Positions 48,145 through 57,777 of a stretch of DNA of 64,000 bases are shown piece by piece. The notes beneath the pieces are model-generated. The model saw only the letters and a program-made list of their open reading frames with translations, searched no databases and was not told the origin of the DNA. The translations under genes were made by a program, and so were the position numbers. The stretch's first letter is position 1; every line of letters starts with the position of its first letter. Source of the stretch: Pyrinomonadaceae bacterium. Its GTDB lineage: Bacteria > Acidobacteriota > Blastocatellia > Pyrinomonadales > Pyrinomonadaceae. The stretch lies in assembly GCA_044229875.1 (NCBI GenBank), contig JBGASE010000001.1, positions 29,639 through 93,638 on the forward strand, read 5' to 3'.

Positions 48145-49650
48145 ATGTTCGAATCGCTTTCAGACAAGCTGAAGAAAACGCTGAAGAATCTGCGTGGGCA
48201 GGGCAAGCTGACGCCCGAACATGTTGATATCGCGTTGCGAGAGATTCGGATGGCGCTTCTTGAAGCGGACGTGAATTACAAAGTCGCCAAGGATTTTGTC
48301 GAATCGGTCCGTTTGAAGGCTGAAGGTCAGGAAGTCTGGCAGGACCTCAAACCGCATGAGCAAGTCGTCAAGATCGTTTATGACGAACTTGTCGAGTTGT
48401 TTGGCGGCACGTCGTCGCGGCTTGTTTTTACGAAGCAGATTCCGAACGTCGTGATGATCGTCGGGCTGCAGGGTTCGGGAAAAACGACCTCGACCGGAAA
48501 GATCTCGCGGTGGCTCGCCGACAATCAGGAGCGGAAACCGCTTCTCGTTTCGGTTGACGTTTACCGTCCGGCGGCGCGCGAGCAGCTCAAGGTTGTCGCC
48601 AATGCCGTTGGGACATCGATCTTTGAAGACAAATCGACGAACGATCCGCTGACGCTTGTCCGCGGCGCGATGAAGCACGCTGTCGAGGTCGGATACGACA
48701 CGCTGATGATCGACACGGCGGGTCGCCTGCATATCGACGACGAGCTGATGGTCGAGCTCGAGCGGATCAAGTCCGAAACAAAGCCGATCGAAGTCCTGTT
48801 CGTTGCCGATGCGATGACCGGTCAGGACGCGGTTCGTTCTGCTGAAGAATTTCATCGCCGCGTCGGAATTACCGGCGTCGTTCTGACGAAAATGGACGGC
48901 GATGCGCGCGGCGGCGCGGCGCTCTCGATCAAACAGGTCATCGGACAGCCGGTGAAGTTTGTCGGCGTCGGCGAAAAGTACGACGCGATTGAGCCATTCT
49001 ATCCCGATCGGATCGCGCAGCGGATTCTTGGGATGGGCGACGTGCTGTCGCTGATCGAGGAAGTCCAGGGCAAGATCGACGAGGAAGAAGCGCAGAAGCA
49101 GCTTCAGAAAATGACGAGCAATCAGTTTACGCTCGAAGATTTTCGCGCCCAGCTCGGTCAATTCAAAAAGCTCGGTTCGATGACCAAGCTGATGAAAATG
49201 CTGCCTGAACAGATGACCGGCGGAATGCAGCTTTCGGATGAACAGTCTGAGCAGGTCGAAGCGCAGATGAAACGGACTGAAGCGATCATCGATTCGATGA
49301 CGCGTCAGGAAAGGGTCAACTACAAGCTCATCGATGCGAGCCGCAAGACGCGGATCGCAAACGGATCGGGCTCGACAATTTTGGAAGTCAATCAGCTGAT
49401 CCGCCAGTACGAGCAGATGCGCAAAATGATGCAGCAGATGAATCGTGGCGGACTGCTCGGGAAACTCGCGGGCCGTGCAATGGGCGGACTCGGAAGCGGG
49501 CTCGGCGGCCTTTTGGGCGGTGGCGGCGGACTTGGCGGAATGTTCGGCGGCGGTCCGTCGGAAAACGATTTTGACAACGATTACGACGAAACGCGTGACA
49601 CGTTGGCGAAGAAACTCAAGAAGAAGAAAAGACACAAGAAACGTAAGTGA
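48145..49650 (+). CDS. ffh: signal recognition particle protein Ffh
   Basis: 501 aa. GLQGSGKTTSTGK, DTAGRLHID, TKMDGDARGGAALS, and a Met-rich M domain with a Gly-rich basic tail. Confidence 0.97.
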   Translation: MFESLSDKLKKTLKNLRGQGKLTPEHVDIALREIRMALLEADVNYKVAKDFVESVRLKAEGQEVWQDLKPHEQVVKIVYDELVELFGGTSSRLVFTKQIPNVVMIVGLQGSGKTTSTGKISRWLADNQERKPLLVSVDVYRPAAREQLKVVANAVGTSIFEDKSTNDPLTLVRGAMKHAVEVGYDTLMIDTAGRLHIDDELMVELERIKSETKPIEVLFVADAMTGQDAVRSAEEFHRRVGITGVVLTKMDGDARGGAALSIKQVIGQPVKFVGVGEKYDAIEPFYPDRIAQRILGMGDVLSLIEEVQGKIDEEEAQKQLQKMTSNQFTLEDFRAQLGQFKKLGSMTKLMKMLPEQMTGGMQLSDEQSEQVEAQMKRTEAIIDSMTRQERVNYKLIDASRKTRIANGSGSTILEVNQLIRQYEQMRKMMQQMNRGGLLGKLAGRAMGGLGSGLGGLLGGGGGLGGMFGGGPSENDFDNDYDETRDTLAKKLKKKKRHKKRK

Positions 49651-49692
49651 ATTTCGGGACCGGACAATCGGTTCCAACAGTGAGAACAAATT

Positions 49693-49938
49693 ATGTTAGC
49701 AATCAGTTTAATGCGAATGGGTGCCAAGAAAGCGCCGTTTTACCGTGTGGTCGTCAAGGAAAAGCGTTCAAAGCGTGACGGCAAGTACCTTGAAAATCTC
49801 GGCACCTACAATCCGATGACGAATCCGGCTGAAGTTGTTCTGAAGCATGATCGGATCGCGTATTGGATCGGTGTCGGCGCGCAGCCGACCGAAACGGTCG
49901 CGAGCCTGATCAAGCACAATCCGGCCGCCAGCGAATAA
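49693..49938 (+). CDS. rpsP: 30S ribosomal protein S16
   Basis: 81 aa. [37 protein letters not shown]. Confidence 0.95.
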   Translation: MLAISLMRMGAKKAPFYRVVVKEKRSKRDGKYLENLGTYNPMTNPAEVVLKHDRIAYWIGVGAQPTETVASLIKHNPAASE

Positions 49939-50020
49939 TTGCCGGTTCGTCTGAGTGATCTGCGGAATTTCCGGGATCAATCGGACGAACAGTTTTGATT
50001 CGTCCGCAATCTGGGATTTT

Positions 50021-50251
50021 ATGAAGAACGCCGTTGAAAAAATCGTGAAAGCGCTTGTCGCAAACGCGGACGCGGTCGAAGTGACTGACAACTCGGAAGG
50101 GAAGACGGTCAACATCGAAGTGCGCGTCGGCGAAGGCGACATGGGCCGGATCATCGGTCGGGAAGGACGGACGGTGAAGGCGATCCGCAGTCTTTTGTTC
50201 TTCGCCGGGCAAAAGCACGGAAAACGCTATCATCTGGATATCGTTGACTGA
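50021..50251 (+). CDS. KH-domain RNA-binding protein (YlqC/UPF0109)
   Basis: Start at MKNAVEKIVKALV. GRIIGREGRTVKAIRSLL KH motif. Conserved position between rpsP and rimM. Confidence 0.85.
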   Translation: MKNAVEKIVKALVANADAVEVTDNSEGKTVNIEVRVGEGDMGRIIGREGRTVKAIRSLLFFAGQKHGKRYHLDIVD

Positions 50252-50769
50252 TGTCTGCCGATGACTTGGTCGCCATCGCTCTGATCGTCAAACCGCGCGG
50301 GCTGCGCGGTGAATGCGTTGCGGAGCTGCTGACCGATTTCCCGGAGCGTTTCGAGGAAACCGAGTTGGTAACGGCGGTCTTGCCCGACGGTTCGCGCCGC
50401 GATCTGAAGATCGTTTCATTTCGATTTCAAAAAGATCGCGTGAATCTGATGTTTCAAGGCGTCGCTGATCCGGATGCGGCCGATTCCCTTCGTGGAGCCG
50501 AGATCTGCGTGCCGGCACAGGAAACGGTCGAGCTGGAAGAGGGCGAGTTTTTTGACTGGGAACTTGAAGGTTGCCGCGTCGAGACGATCGACGGAACGGA
50601 ACTCGGCACCGTCAAAGAGCTGATGCGAACGGGCGGACCCGAGATTCTGGTCGTCGCCGGGGCAGAAAAGGAATACCTGATCCCGTTTGCCGAAGCGATC
50701 TGTGTCGAGGTCGACATTGAAAAGCAACTTATCAAGGTCGACCCACCGATCGGACTTCTTGAGTTTTGA
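50251..50769 (+). CDS. rimM: 16S rRNA processing protein RimM
   Basis: 172 aa. VKPRGLRGECVAELLTDFPERF and a PRC-barrel C-terminus. Conserved operon position. Confidence 0.9.
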   Translation: MSADDLVAIALIVKPRGLRGECVAELLTDFPERFEETELVTAVLPDGSRRDLKIVSFRFQKDRVNLMFQGVADPDAADSLRGAEICVPAQETVELEEGEFFDWELEGCRVETIDGTELGTVKELMRTGGPEILVVAGAEKEYLIPFAEAICVEVDIEKQLIKVDPPIGLLEF

Positions 50770-50810
50770 ACCTGGAACGATGTGAATGCTGAAAGGCCTT
50801 CGCGACTTGG

Positions 50811-51518
<708 letters not shown>

Positions 51519-51579
51519 AAGTGAGTAGTCACGTTTTTCGCGAAACCAATGACGTTTCACCTCTCGCCGACAGAATAAA

Positions 51580-51942
51580 ATGAACCGTTTAGACAGCGTC
51601 GAGAAGACACAGTTGAAGGAGAATGTTCCTTCGTTTCAGCCGGGCGATACATTGAAGGTCCACGTCCGGATCAAAGAAGGTAACAAAGAGCGTCTCCAGG
51701 TTTTTGAAGGCGTGTGCATCGCCCGCAAGCATGGCGGAGCGCGTGAAACGATCACCGTTCGGAAAGTGAGTTTCGGAATCGGCGTCGAACGCATTTTCCC
51801 GCTGCACGCAACGATCGTCGATCATATCGACGTTGTCCGCCGCGGTAAGGTCCGCCGCGCCAAGCTTTACTATCTGCGTGATCTGCGCGGTAAAGCGGCG
51901 CGTATCAAAGAACGCGATTTCCGCAACAAGAAAAACAAGTAA
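51580..51942 (+). CDS. rplS: 50S ribosomal protein L19
   Basis: 120 aa. [37 protein letters not shown]...RRAKLYYLR. Confidence 0.97.
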   Translation: MNRLDSVEKTQLKENVPSFQPGDTLKVHVRIKEGNKERLQVFEGVCIARKHGGARETITVRKVSFGIGVERIFPLHATIVDHIDVVRRGKVRRAKLYYLRDLRGKAARIKERDFRNKKNK

Positions 51943-51993
51943 AATTCGGATTCGTGAATTCGGATTTGGGATTTCGGAATTCGGATTTGGATC
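51943..51993. repeat. GATTTCGGAATTCGGATTTGG-type repeat block (opposite orientation to 52098-52349)
   Basis: AATTCGGATTCGTGAATTCGGATTTGGGATTTCGGAATTCGGATTTGGATC begins immediately after the rplS stop. Confidence 0.85.
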
Positions 51994-52036
51994 AACGTCA
52001 TCGCGAATCGCGCAACGCAACAGGAAGAGGCTTCTA

Positions 52037-52349
52037 TGTTGCGCCGCGCGTTTCGCGTTTTTGTTTTACTCGGGGACGGAACCTCGACCTCAACCCTGAT
52101 CAGAATCCGAAATCCGAAATCGGCGCGATTCGCCGTTTCGTTTTATCTGAAGCGTGAAACTCGAACTCTTCCCCGATCAGAATCCGCAATCCGAAATCAG
52201 AAATCCGAAATCCGAAATCCAAAATCCGAAATCGGCCTGGTGTTGCGCCGCGCGACTGTTGGTTTTATCTTAACAGTACGATGAACCTCGAACTTTTCCC
52301 CGATCAGAATCCGCAATCCAAAATCAAAAATCCGAAATCCAAAATCGGC
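52037..52349. repeat. three tandem units of about 90-115 nt, each ending in (A)ATCCGAAATC reiterations
   Basis: Units span roughly 52037-52124, 52125-52240 and 52241-52349. They share TGTTGCGCCGCGCG..TTTTAT..GAAC(C/T)TCGA(A/C)CT..CCCGATCAGAATCCG(A/C)AATCC..AAATCGGC. The third unit contains the rnhB ATG. Confidence 0.85.
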
Positions 52350-52937
52350 ACGCTTTTTGAAGATCAGGCCCGACTCGAGGGGTATCGGTTCATTGCCGGA
52401 GTCGACGAGGTCGGACGCGGATGTCTCGCCGGGCCGGTCGTCGCAGCGGCATGTATCCTTGATCTCTCGAAGCCATTACCTGAATTTCTCAACGATTCGA
52501 AACAGTTGACTGAATCGAAGCGTTTGAAGATAGACGAAGAGCTCCGCGCCAACGCGCTCACGTATGCGATCGGCGAAGTGTCGGCCGAAGAGATTGATCG
52601 TACCGATATTCTCAGAGCAACGATGAAGGCGATGAAACTTGCGATCGAAGCGCTTTCGCCGCCGGCTGATTATTTGCTGATCGACGCGCTTCGTTTGAAG
52701 GAACTGCTTTTGCCGCAAAAGGCGATCATCAAAGGCGACGCAACATCGGTCTCAATCGCCGCCGCGTCGATCATCGCCAAAACCTATCGCGACAATCTGA
52801 TGCGCGATCTCGCACGGGTGCATCCCGAATACGGATTCGAAAAACACGTCGGCTACGGAACGAAAGCACATTTCGACGCGATCAAACAGCACGGCGCATG
52901 CGATTTTCACCGCCGAAGTTTCAAAGGAGTTGTCTGA
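52281..52937 (+). CDS. rnhB: ribonuclease HII
   Basis: 218 aa. IAGVDEVGRGCLAGPVVAAA, DSKQLTESKR, and a C-terminal HRRSF. The first ~22 residues are encoded by the repeat unit, and no alternative in-frame start was seen. Confidence 0.9.
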   Translation: MNLELFPDQNPQSKIKNPKSKIGTLFEDQARLEGYRFIAGVDEVGRGCLAGPVVAAACILDLSKPLPEFLNDSKQLTESKRLKIDEELRANALTYAIGEVSAEEIDRTDILRATMKAMKLAIEALSPPADYLLIDALRLKELLLPQKAIIKGDATSVSIAAASIIAKTYRDNLMRDLARVHPEYGFEKHVGYGTKAHFDAIKQHGACDFHRRSFKGVV

Positions 52938-52978
52938 AAATGTTGTCATCATCGCGATAATCTCGTTAGGATGTTTTC

Positions 52979-53267
52979 GTGGGTTTTGAGTGGGATGAGC
53001 GCAAAAACCGATTAAACATTGAAAACCACGGAATCGACTTTACTGACGTTGATTTTTGAAGGTCCGATGTTGGTCGGAATCGACGATCGTGAAGATTATG
53101 GGGAAATTCGACTTATTGGAATTGGTTATTTGAACACCATCGCGGTCGTCATTGTTTTCACCGAACCTTCTCCTGAAAAGATCCGTGTTATTTCGATCCG
53201 AAAGGCGATAAGATATGAACGTGAAAGATTTGAAAAGGCAATCACAAACCGACTGGACGAAACTTGA
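52979..53267 (+). pseudogene. brnT: BrnT-family (DUF497) toxin, frameshifted in a T5 run
   Basis: GTG 52979 frame reads VGFEWDERKNRLNIENHGIDFTDVDF* (stop 53057-53059). The +1 frame continues IFEGPMLVGIDDREDYGEIRLIGIG...KIRVISIRKAIRYERERF to 53267. The shift maps to TTTTT at 53053-53057. Confidence 0.75.
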
Positions 53268-53490
53268 AGCAATGACGGATAGTGAAATATCCACCTCTGA
53301 CATTCAACCGCTTGAAGATTCATATTTTGCTGATGCCAAAGTGCGCTTGCCACACGGCAAAGTAAGCGTTGTCTTGAGTCTCGATGAGGAAACCAACGAT
53401 TGGTATCAATCGCAAGGTGCTGACTCACGGGAGTTGAGGTCTGTCGCAATCCGCATTTACGCTGAAGCGCATAAAGAAATTCGAAGATAG
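53215..53490 (+). CDS. brnA: BrnA-family antitoxin
   Basis: 91 aa. QTDWTKLEAMTDSEISTSDIQPLEDSYFADAKV...VVLSLDEETNDWYQSQG pattern, typical of BrnA. Overlaps the brnT 3' end. Confidence 0.75.
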   Translation: MNVKDLKRQSQTDWTKLEAMTDSEISTSDIQPLEDSYFADAKVRLPHGKVSVVLSLDEETNDWYQSQGADSRELRSVAIRIYAEAHKEIRR

Positions 53491-53767
53491 GACACGAATG
53501 AACGGTTTTGATTGAAACCAAGGACTCCTCGCCAGAGGTCGGGTTCGATCTCCATTTCGGATGATAGCGTCCGGAAAGTGATTTACAAGGCGTACATTCT
53601 GATGGGAAGAGCTGATTCGGCCATCAATCGCGTAACTACCCGCAACCCGAACGAGAACTGTTTGTTCCCGGGTTTTGCCACAGACTTGATTTCGAAAGCG
53701 ATAACGCCGATTTCAGAAGCCAATTAGCCTTGTTTCGCTTCTTCAAACGGAAGACTGGCGCACCAAC

Positions 53768-55027
53768 TTACAAGAGAAAGCCCCTGAACTTCGCCGGATC
53801 GATCCTGTACTCTGGAAAAATCTGATCTAGCTTTTTATTCCCAAGGTGCTTTTGCGCGGCTTCGCCGAGGACGTCACGGAAATCAGTTGTTACCGCAAGA
53901 TCACGGCCCTCATAAAGCTCGCTCGCCTTGAGACCTTTCCAGTCGCCGTAAACTTTGCCGCCTTTAACGCCGCCGCCGATCGCAAACATCGCATTGCCGT
54001 GACCGTGATCGGTGCCGCGACCGCCGTTTTCGCGGACCGTCCTTCCGAATTCCGACATCGTCAGGATCAAAACATCGTCCATGCGCTTGCCGAGATCGGT
54101 CGTCAGCGCCGAGATCGCCGATCCGAAATCACGCAGGAGATTTGCGAGTTGCCCGCGTGGTCCGCCCTGATTCGTGTGTGTGTCCCAGCCGCCGACTTCA
54201 GCGAACGCGGTTTCGAGCCCGATATCGGCTTTGATCATCTGCGCGATCTGCATCAACGATCGTCCAAGCGCCGAATTCGGATATTGCGCGCCGTTATCTG
54301 GCTTGAACTGTGCCGGGTTCGCCTTTTTCAAATAATTGACCGCTTCAAACGTCTCCTTTCCGGTTTCGCCAAGGCTGTCCTTTGAATTTTGCTGATAAAT
54401 GTCTTCGAATCCTCCCTGGACCGAACGTGAATAGGCGCCGGCTTTGATCGTAAAATCGGCAAGGTTCGTCATCGCTATCGTCGGATAACGGCCCATCAGC
54501 GTGCGGGGCGTTTGCTGTGCCATTGCGACCGCGCGAAATGCGCTGTCCGACTTCGACTGCGAGGTCTGAAGGACGCGGTTCAGCCAACCGTCGCGCGTGC
54601 CTTTGTCGCCGGGGGTTCCTGACTCCATGTAATCCTGCGCATCGAAGTGCGATCGGGTGTTGTTCGGCGATCCGGCGGAATGGATGACGGCCAGTTGTTT
54701 GGATTTCCAAAGCGATTCAAAGGGCGCAAGCGATGGATGAAGCCCGAAAAATCCATCGAGGTTGACGGCTCCATCTGTCTTGCCCGGCTTTTGAATCGCG
54801 ATGTTGCGCCGCGCGTCGTAATAGCCGGTGTCACCGAACGGTACGACCATGTTCAATCCGTCGACCGCGCCGCGCTGAAAAATCGTGATCAGAATCTTTC
54901 GTTTGCTCCGCGTATTGCGCAGTGTTTGCGCGTTTGCGAATTGCTGCAGCGCATCAGGCGCGGCCGCCATAAAACCGAAACTCGCCAACGCGATCCCGCC
55001 CGACTTCAAGAAAAAACGTCTGTCCAT
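53768..55027 (-). CDS. DUF1501 domain protein (sulfatase-like fold) with Tat signal
   Basis: 419 aa. MDRRFFLKSGGIALASFGFMAAAP Tat signal, with a DUF1501-like GGWDTH and GTDHGHGN. Confidence 0.85.
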   Translation of the reverse strand: MDRRFFLKSGGIALASFGFMAAAPDALQQFANAQTLRNTRSKRKILITIFQRGAVDGLNMVVPFGDTGYYDARRNIAIQKPGKTDGAVNLDGFFGLHPSLAPFESLWKSKQLAVIHSAGSPNNTRSHFDAQDYMESGTPGDKGTRDGWLNRVLQTSQSKSDSAFRAVAMAQQTPRTLMGRYPTIAMTNLADFTIKAGAYSRSVQGGFEDIYQQNSKDSLGETGKETFEAVNYLKKANPAQFKPDNGAQYPNSALGRSLMQIAQMIKADIGLETAFAEVGGWDTHTNQGGPRGQLANLLRDFGSAISALTTDLGKRMDDVLILTMSEFGRTVRENGGRGTDHGHGNAMFAIGGGVKGGKVYGDWKGLKASELYEGRDLAVTTDFRDVLGEAAQKHLGNKKLDQIFPEYRIDPAKFRGFLL

Positions 55028-55212
55028 ATCTTCGAAAAACCTCTGTTAACCGTATTTTACCCGACGATCACGCCCGATATCGGTTAGACGCATAATCGAT
55101 CGCAATAGTCGGCTTTTTCCGCCGGTCATCGACTGAGGCCCGCCCGCAGTTCCGGCGCATCAGCCGTCCTCGGTTGTTTGAAAACTCCAGTCAGTTATAA
55201 TTTATCAACTGT

Positions 55213-56037
55213 ATGCGCGAAAAATTGATAGAACTCATATTGGAACGGCTTGACCGCGACGCGGATGCGATCAGGAACGATTTTCATAGCGACAAAGGGA
55301 TCCAGACACGCTTTACGGCGATCGACGGCTTGTTTCCCGATGACATTGCGCATCGTATCTATGAATCGTTTCCGCGCTTTGACCAAATGCGCCTTCTCGA
55401 CAGTTTTCGCGAGAAAAAATATACGTCGAAGGATTTTGACAGTTTTGATCCGTTGATGAAAGACGCGACGTTCGCGTTTCAGGACGAGCGCGTCGTCAAT
55501 CGCGTTGCGGAACTCACCGGGATCGAAGACCCGCACGGCGATCCGCATCTCTACGCCGGCGGATTGAGCGCGATGGCGACCGGACATTTCCTTAATCCGC
55601 ATCTCGACAACTCGCATGACGGCGAACGAAAGAACTATCGCGTCCTGAATCTGCTGTATTACGTGACGCCTGGCTGGAAGTCAGAGAACGGCGGAAATCT
55701 CGAGCTGTGGGACGAATCCGTCAGAAATTCGATCGAAATCCCAAGCCTTTTCAACCGGCTCGTGCTGATGGGGACCAACGACAAATCGTATCACTCGGTA
55801 AATGAAGTAAAGGTCGAACAGCCGCGCTGCTGCGTTTCGAACTATTATTTTTCGCCGCATTCGCCCAACGGCTACGAAACGTTTCACGTCACATACTTTC
55901 AGGCGCGACCTGAACAAACATTCCGCCGGCTTGTGACCCGCGTCGACAGCGGACTTCGTTCCGCCGTCCGGAAGGTCGTTAAAGACGGCTTCGCAAAGCG
56001 AGACGTTTACGACGGCGACGACGCGAAGAAAAACTAG
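55213..56037 (+). CDS. 2OG-Fe(II) oxygenase (prolyl 4-hydroxylase-like)
   Basis: 274 aa. HxD...H facial triad context (FLNPHLDNSHDG...GGNLELWD...SYHSVNEV). TATAAT at about 55196-55201 lies only 11 nt upstream of the ATG. Confidence 0.8.
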   Translation: MREKLIELILERLDRDADAIRNDFHSDKGIQTRFTAIDGLFPDDIAHRIYESFPRFDQMRLLDSFREKKYTSKDFDSFDPLMKDATFAFQDERVVNRVAELTGIEDPHGDPHLYAGGLSAMATGHFLNPHLDNSHDGERKNYRVLNLLYYVTPGWKSENGGNLELWDESVRNSIEIPSLFNRLVLMGTNDKSYHSVNEVKVEQPRCCVSNYYFSPHSPNGYETFHVTYFQARPEQTFRRLVTRVDSGLRSAVRKVVKDGFAKRDVYDGDDAKKN

Positions 56038-56172
56038 CCGAACCTGTTGATTCTATTGGTAGGTTCGTCGTTTGATTCATTAAGATTCTCTCCAAAAACC
56101 TCGATTTACCTTGTCATAGCGAACTACTCCGCATAGTTTGAAATCGGCACGACAGTCCGTTATTTTTACGTT

Positions 56173-56577
56173 ATGAACTATTGGCTGTTGAAACAGGAAC
56201 CGACGTCATATTCGTTCGAGGATCTGATGCATGACGGAAAGACCGACTGGACCGGCGTCCGGAACTTTCAGGCCCGCAATTTTCTTCGTGAGATGAAGGT
56301 CGGAGACGAAGTGCTTTTCTATCATTCGGGTTCGGTCAAAGCCGTCGTCGGGAAGGCGAAGATCTCGCGCGAAGCATATCCAGATCCGACGGCGACTGAC
56401 GATGGCTGGATCTGTGTCGATATTGAGGCGATCGGGCCGGTTGCTAAACCGATCACGCTCGACGTGATCAAGGCTGAGCCGGAACTCGCAAACATGATGC
56501 TCATCAAGCAGGGGCGATTGTCGGTTTCAAAGGTTACCGCGGCGGAGTTTGCGGTGATCGAACGTCTTTCGGCGTGA
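56173..56577 (+). CDS. EVE (PUA-like) domain protein
   Basis: 134 aa. MNYWLLKQEPTSYSFEDLMHDGKTDWTGVRNFQARNFLREMKVGDEVLFYHS. Confidence 0.9.
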   Translation: MNYWLLKQEPTSYSFEDLMHDGKTDWTGVRNFQARNFLREMKVGDEVLFYHSGSVKAVVGKAKISREAYPDPTATDDGWICVDIEAIGPVAKPITLDVIKAEPELANMMLIKQGRLSVSKVTAAEFAVIERLSA

Positions 56578-56622
56578 TCGGGTTCCGCGTTTGGGATTTG
56601 CGAGTCCGCGTGTCACGTGAAG

Positions 56623-57777
56623 TCACAGTTTCGAGATTGCTTTGAGCGCGGTGGCGAACGCCCCGGGGTCTTCCTGCGGCCGGCACGAAACCGCGCGGTC
56701 ATCGACGAAAGCGATTGCGAGCGGTTTTCCGAATCCGGAATAAATCTCGTCAAACGGAAGCTCGTGGCGCTGAAACCAGCGCTCGATGTGGTTCCTGAGC
56801 TTGGCGACCTCGTCGGCTCGCAGAGTCTCCGGATTGATGCGCGAGGTGTAAACCACGATTCTGAACTTCTTTTTGATCTCGGTCAGAAACTCACGTGCGC
56901 CGTCGATCGGATCCCCGATCTTCTCAAGTCCCTTCCAACCGCTGTAACTTGCGATAACTGAGTCTAGATCGACGCAAACCGCCGAACGGTGACGGGCTTT
57001 CGGTTTTTTCCGAACCTGTTTCGGGCGTTCGATCGCCGGCAGCGGCATCGGCCGCAGCGAGATCAGATGTTCGATCGCCGAAATTCCCTCGATCCAGGGC
57101 TCATCGGGATCGTCATCACTCCAAACCTTCGAAAAATGCTGATGCGTATGATGGCGTCCCGGCATCCGCAGCCATTTTCCGAGCCCGTCAAGCCGCTCCG
57201 ATGACGGAAAAAGCTCAGGCGCCTGTTTGAGACCGAGTTCATTCCAATCGGAAGTCAATTGTGAAAGATACCTGAAGACATCGGCCAACGGATATGGGCG
57301 GTCGAGAAGACAAATCACATGTAAACCGCCAAAACCGTTTGAATCGACGATGCACGGATCGAGCATTTCGCCGCGCATCTTCTGAAACCAGCGACTTGCG
57401 GCGGCGAAATTCGCCCGTGTCTTCTCATGAAAATCCTCGGGATCGTGAACGTCGAGATCGATCGCGAACCATTTGCATGTTTCGTCCTCTGAGACGAGGT
57501 GAAGCCCGATCAGATGTCCCGCCTTCAGTCCCTTGAAATGGCGGATCAGCTTTTCATGCGAGACAAAGTCCTTTTTCTGTTCGCGAAGCTCCTTCACCGG
57601 CAATGTCACGGCGCTTACTTTCGAGCCGAGAACGGTGTTCTTTACGGTATATTGCCCCCAAACATCGAAGCGGTTGACGAGCCGTTCCATCGCCCAATCC
57701 GCCAAACGCTCGGCGTTCTCGCGCCATTCGGCAGCGATCCATCGCAGATGCGGATCGTTGAAAATCTCGTCGATCAA
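56623..57777 (-). CDS. archaeo-eukaryotic primase-polymerase (AEP/Prim-Pol) domain fused to a C-terminal HAD-type phosphatase
   Basis: 384 aa. The TTG start overlaps the ligase stop (TTGA). AEP motifs WFAIDLDVHD, NGFGGLHVICLL, WLRMPGRHH. Basic linker RPKQVRKKPKARHR. HAD motifs VDLDSV (I), VVYTSR (II), GFGKP (III), FVDDR (IV). Confidence 0.75.
   Translation of the reverse strand: MIDEIFNDPHLRWIAAEWRENAERLADWAMERLVNRFDVWGQYTVKNTVLGSKVSAVTLPVKELREQKKDFVSHEKLIRHFKGLKAGHLIGLHLVSEDETCKWFAIDLDVHDPEDFHEKTRANFAAASRWFQKMRGEMLDPCIVDSNGFGGLHVICLLDRPYPLADVFRYLSQLTSDWNELGLKQAPELFPSSERLDGLGKWLRMPGRHHTHQHFSKVWSDDDPDEPWIEGISAIEHLISLRPMPLPAIERPKQVRKKPKARHRSAVCVDLDSVIASYSGWKGLEKIGDPIDGAREFLTEIKKKFRIVVYTSRINPETLRADEVAKLRNHIERWFQRHELPFDEIYSGFGKPLAIAFVDDRAVSCRPQEDPGAFATALKAISKL

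Noticed and set aside
48160-49689. A 509-aa minus-strand ORF covers all of ffh. Similar long antisense ORFs occur at 13255-14784, 28784-29878, 20694-21566 and 34799-35629.
   Set aside because: Each lies exactly antisense to a gene with unmistakable conserved motifs (Ffh, HD-GYP/GGDEF, Tkt, UbiB-like, MurA). Their translations are Arg/low-complexity-rich with no recognisable domains. These are shadow ORFs typical of GC-biased coding regions.
52036-52284. An 82-aa ORF, together with neighbouring ORFs at 51833-52157, contains NPKSEIRNPKSEI-type peptides.
   Set aside because: They are translations of the ATCCGAAATC repeat arrays in the rplS-rnhB spacer. The periodic low-complexity sequence shows no start or RBS context, so they are not protein-coding.
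53540-53565. GAGGTCGGGTTCGATCTCC resembles a tRNA T-arm/T-loop and might mark a tRNA fragment or att site next to the brnTA module.
   Set aside because: The flanking bases cannot form the T-stem or an acceptor stem, and there is no CCA or anticodon arm. A GTTCGA-like hexamer alone is not evidence for a tRNA remnant.
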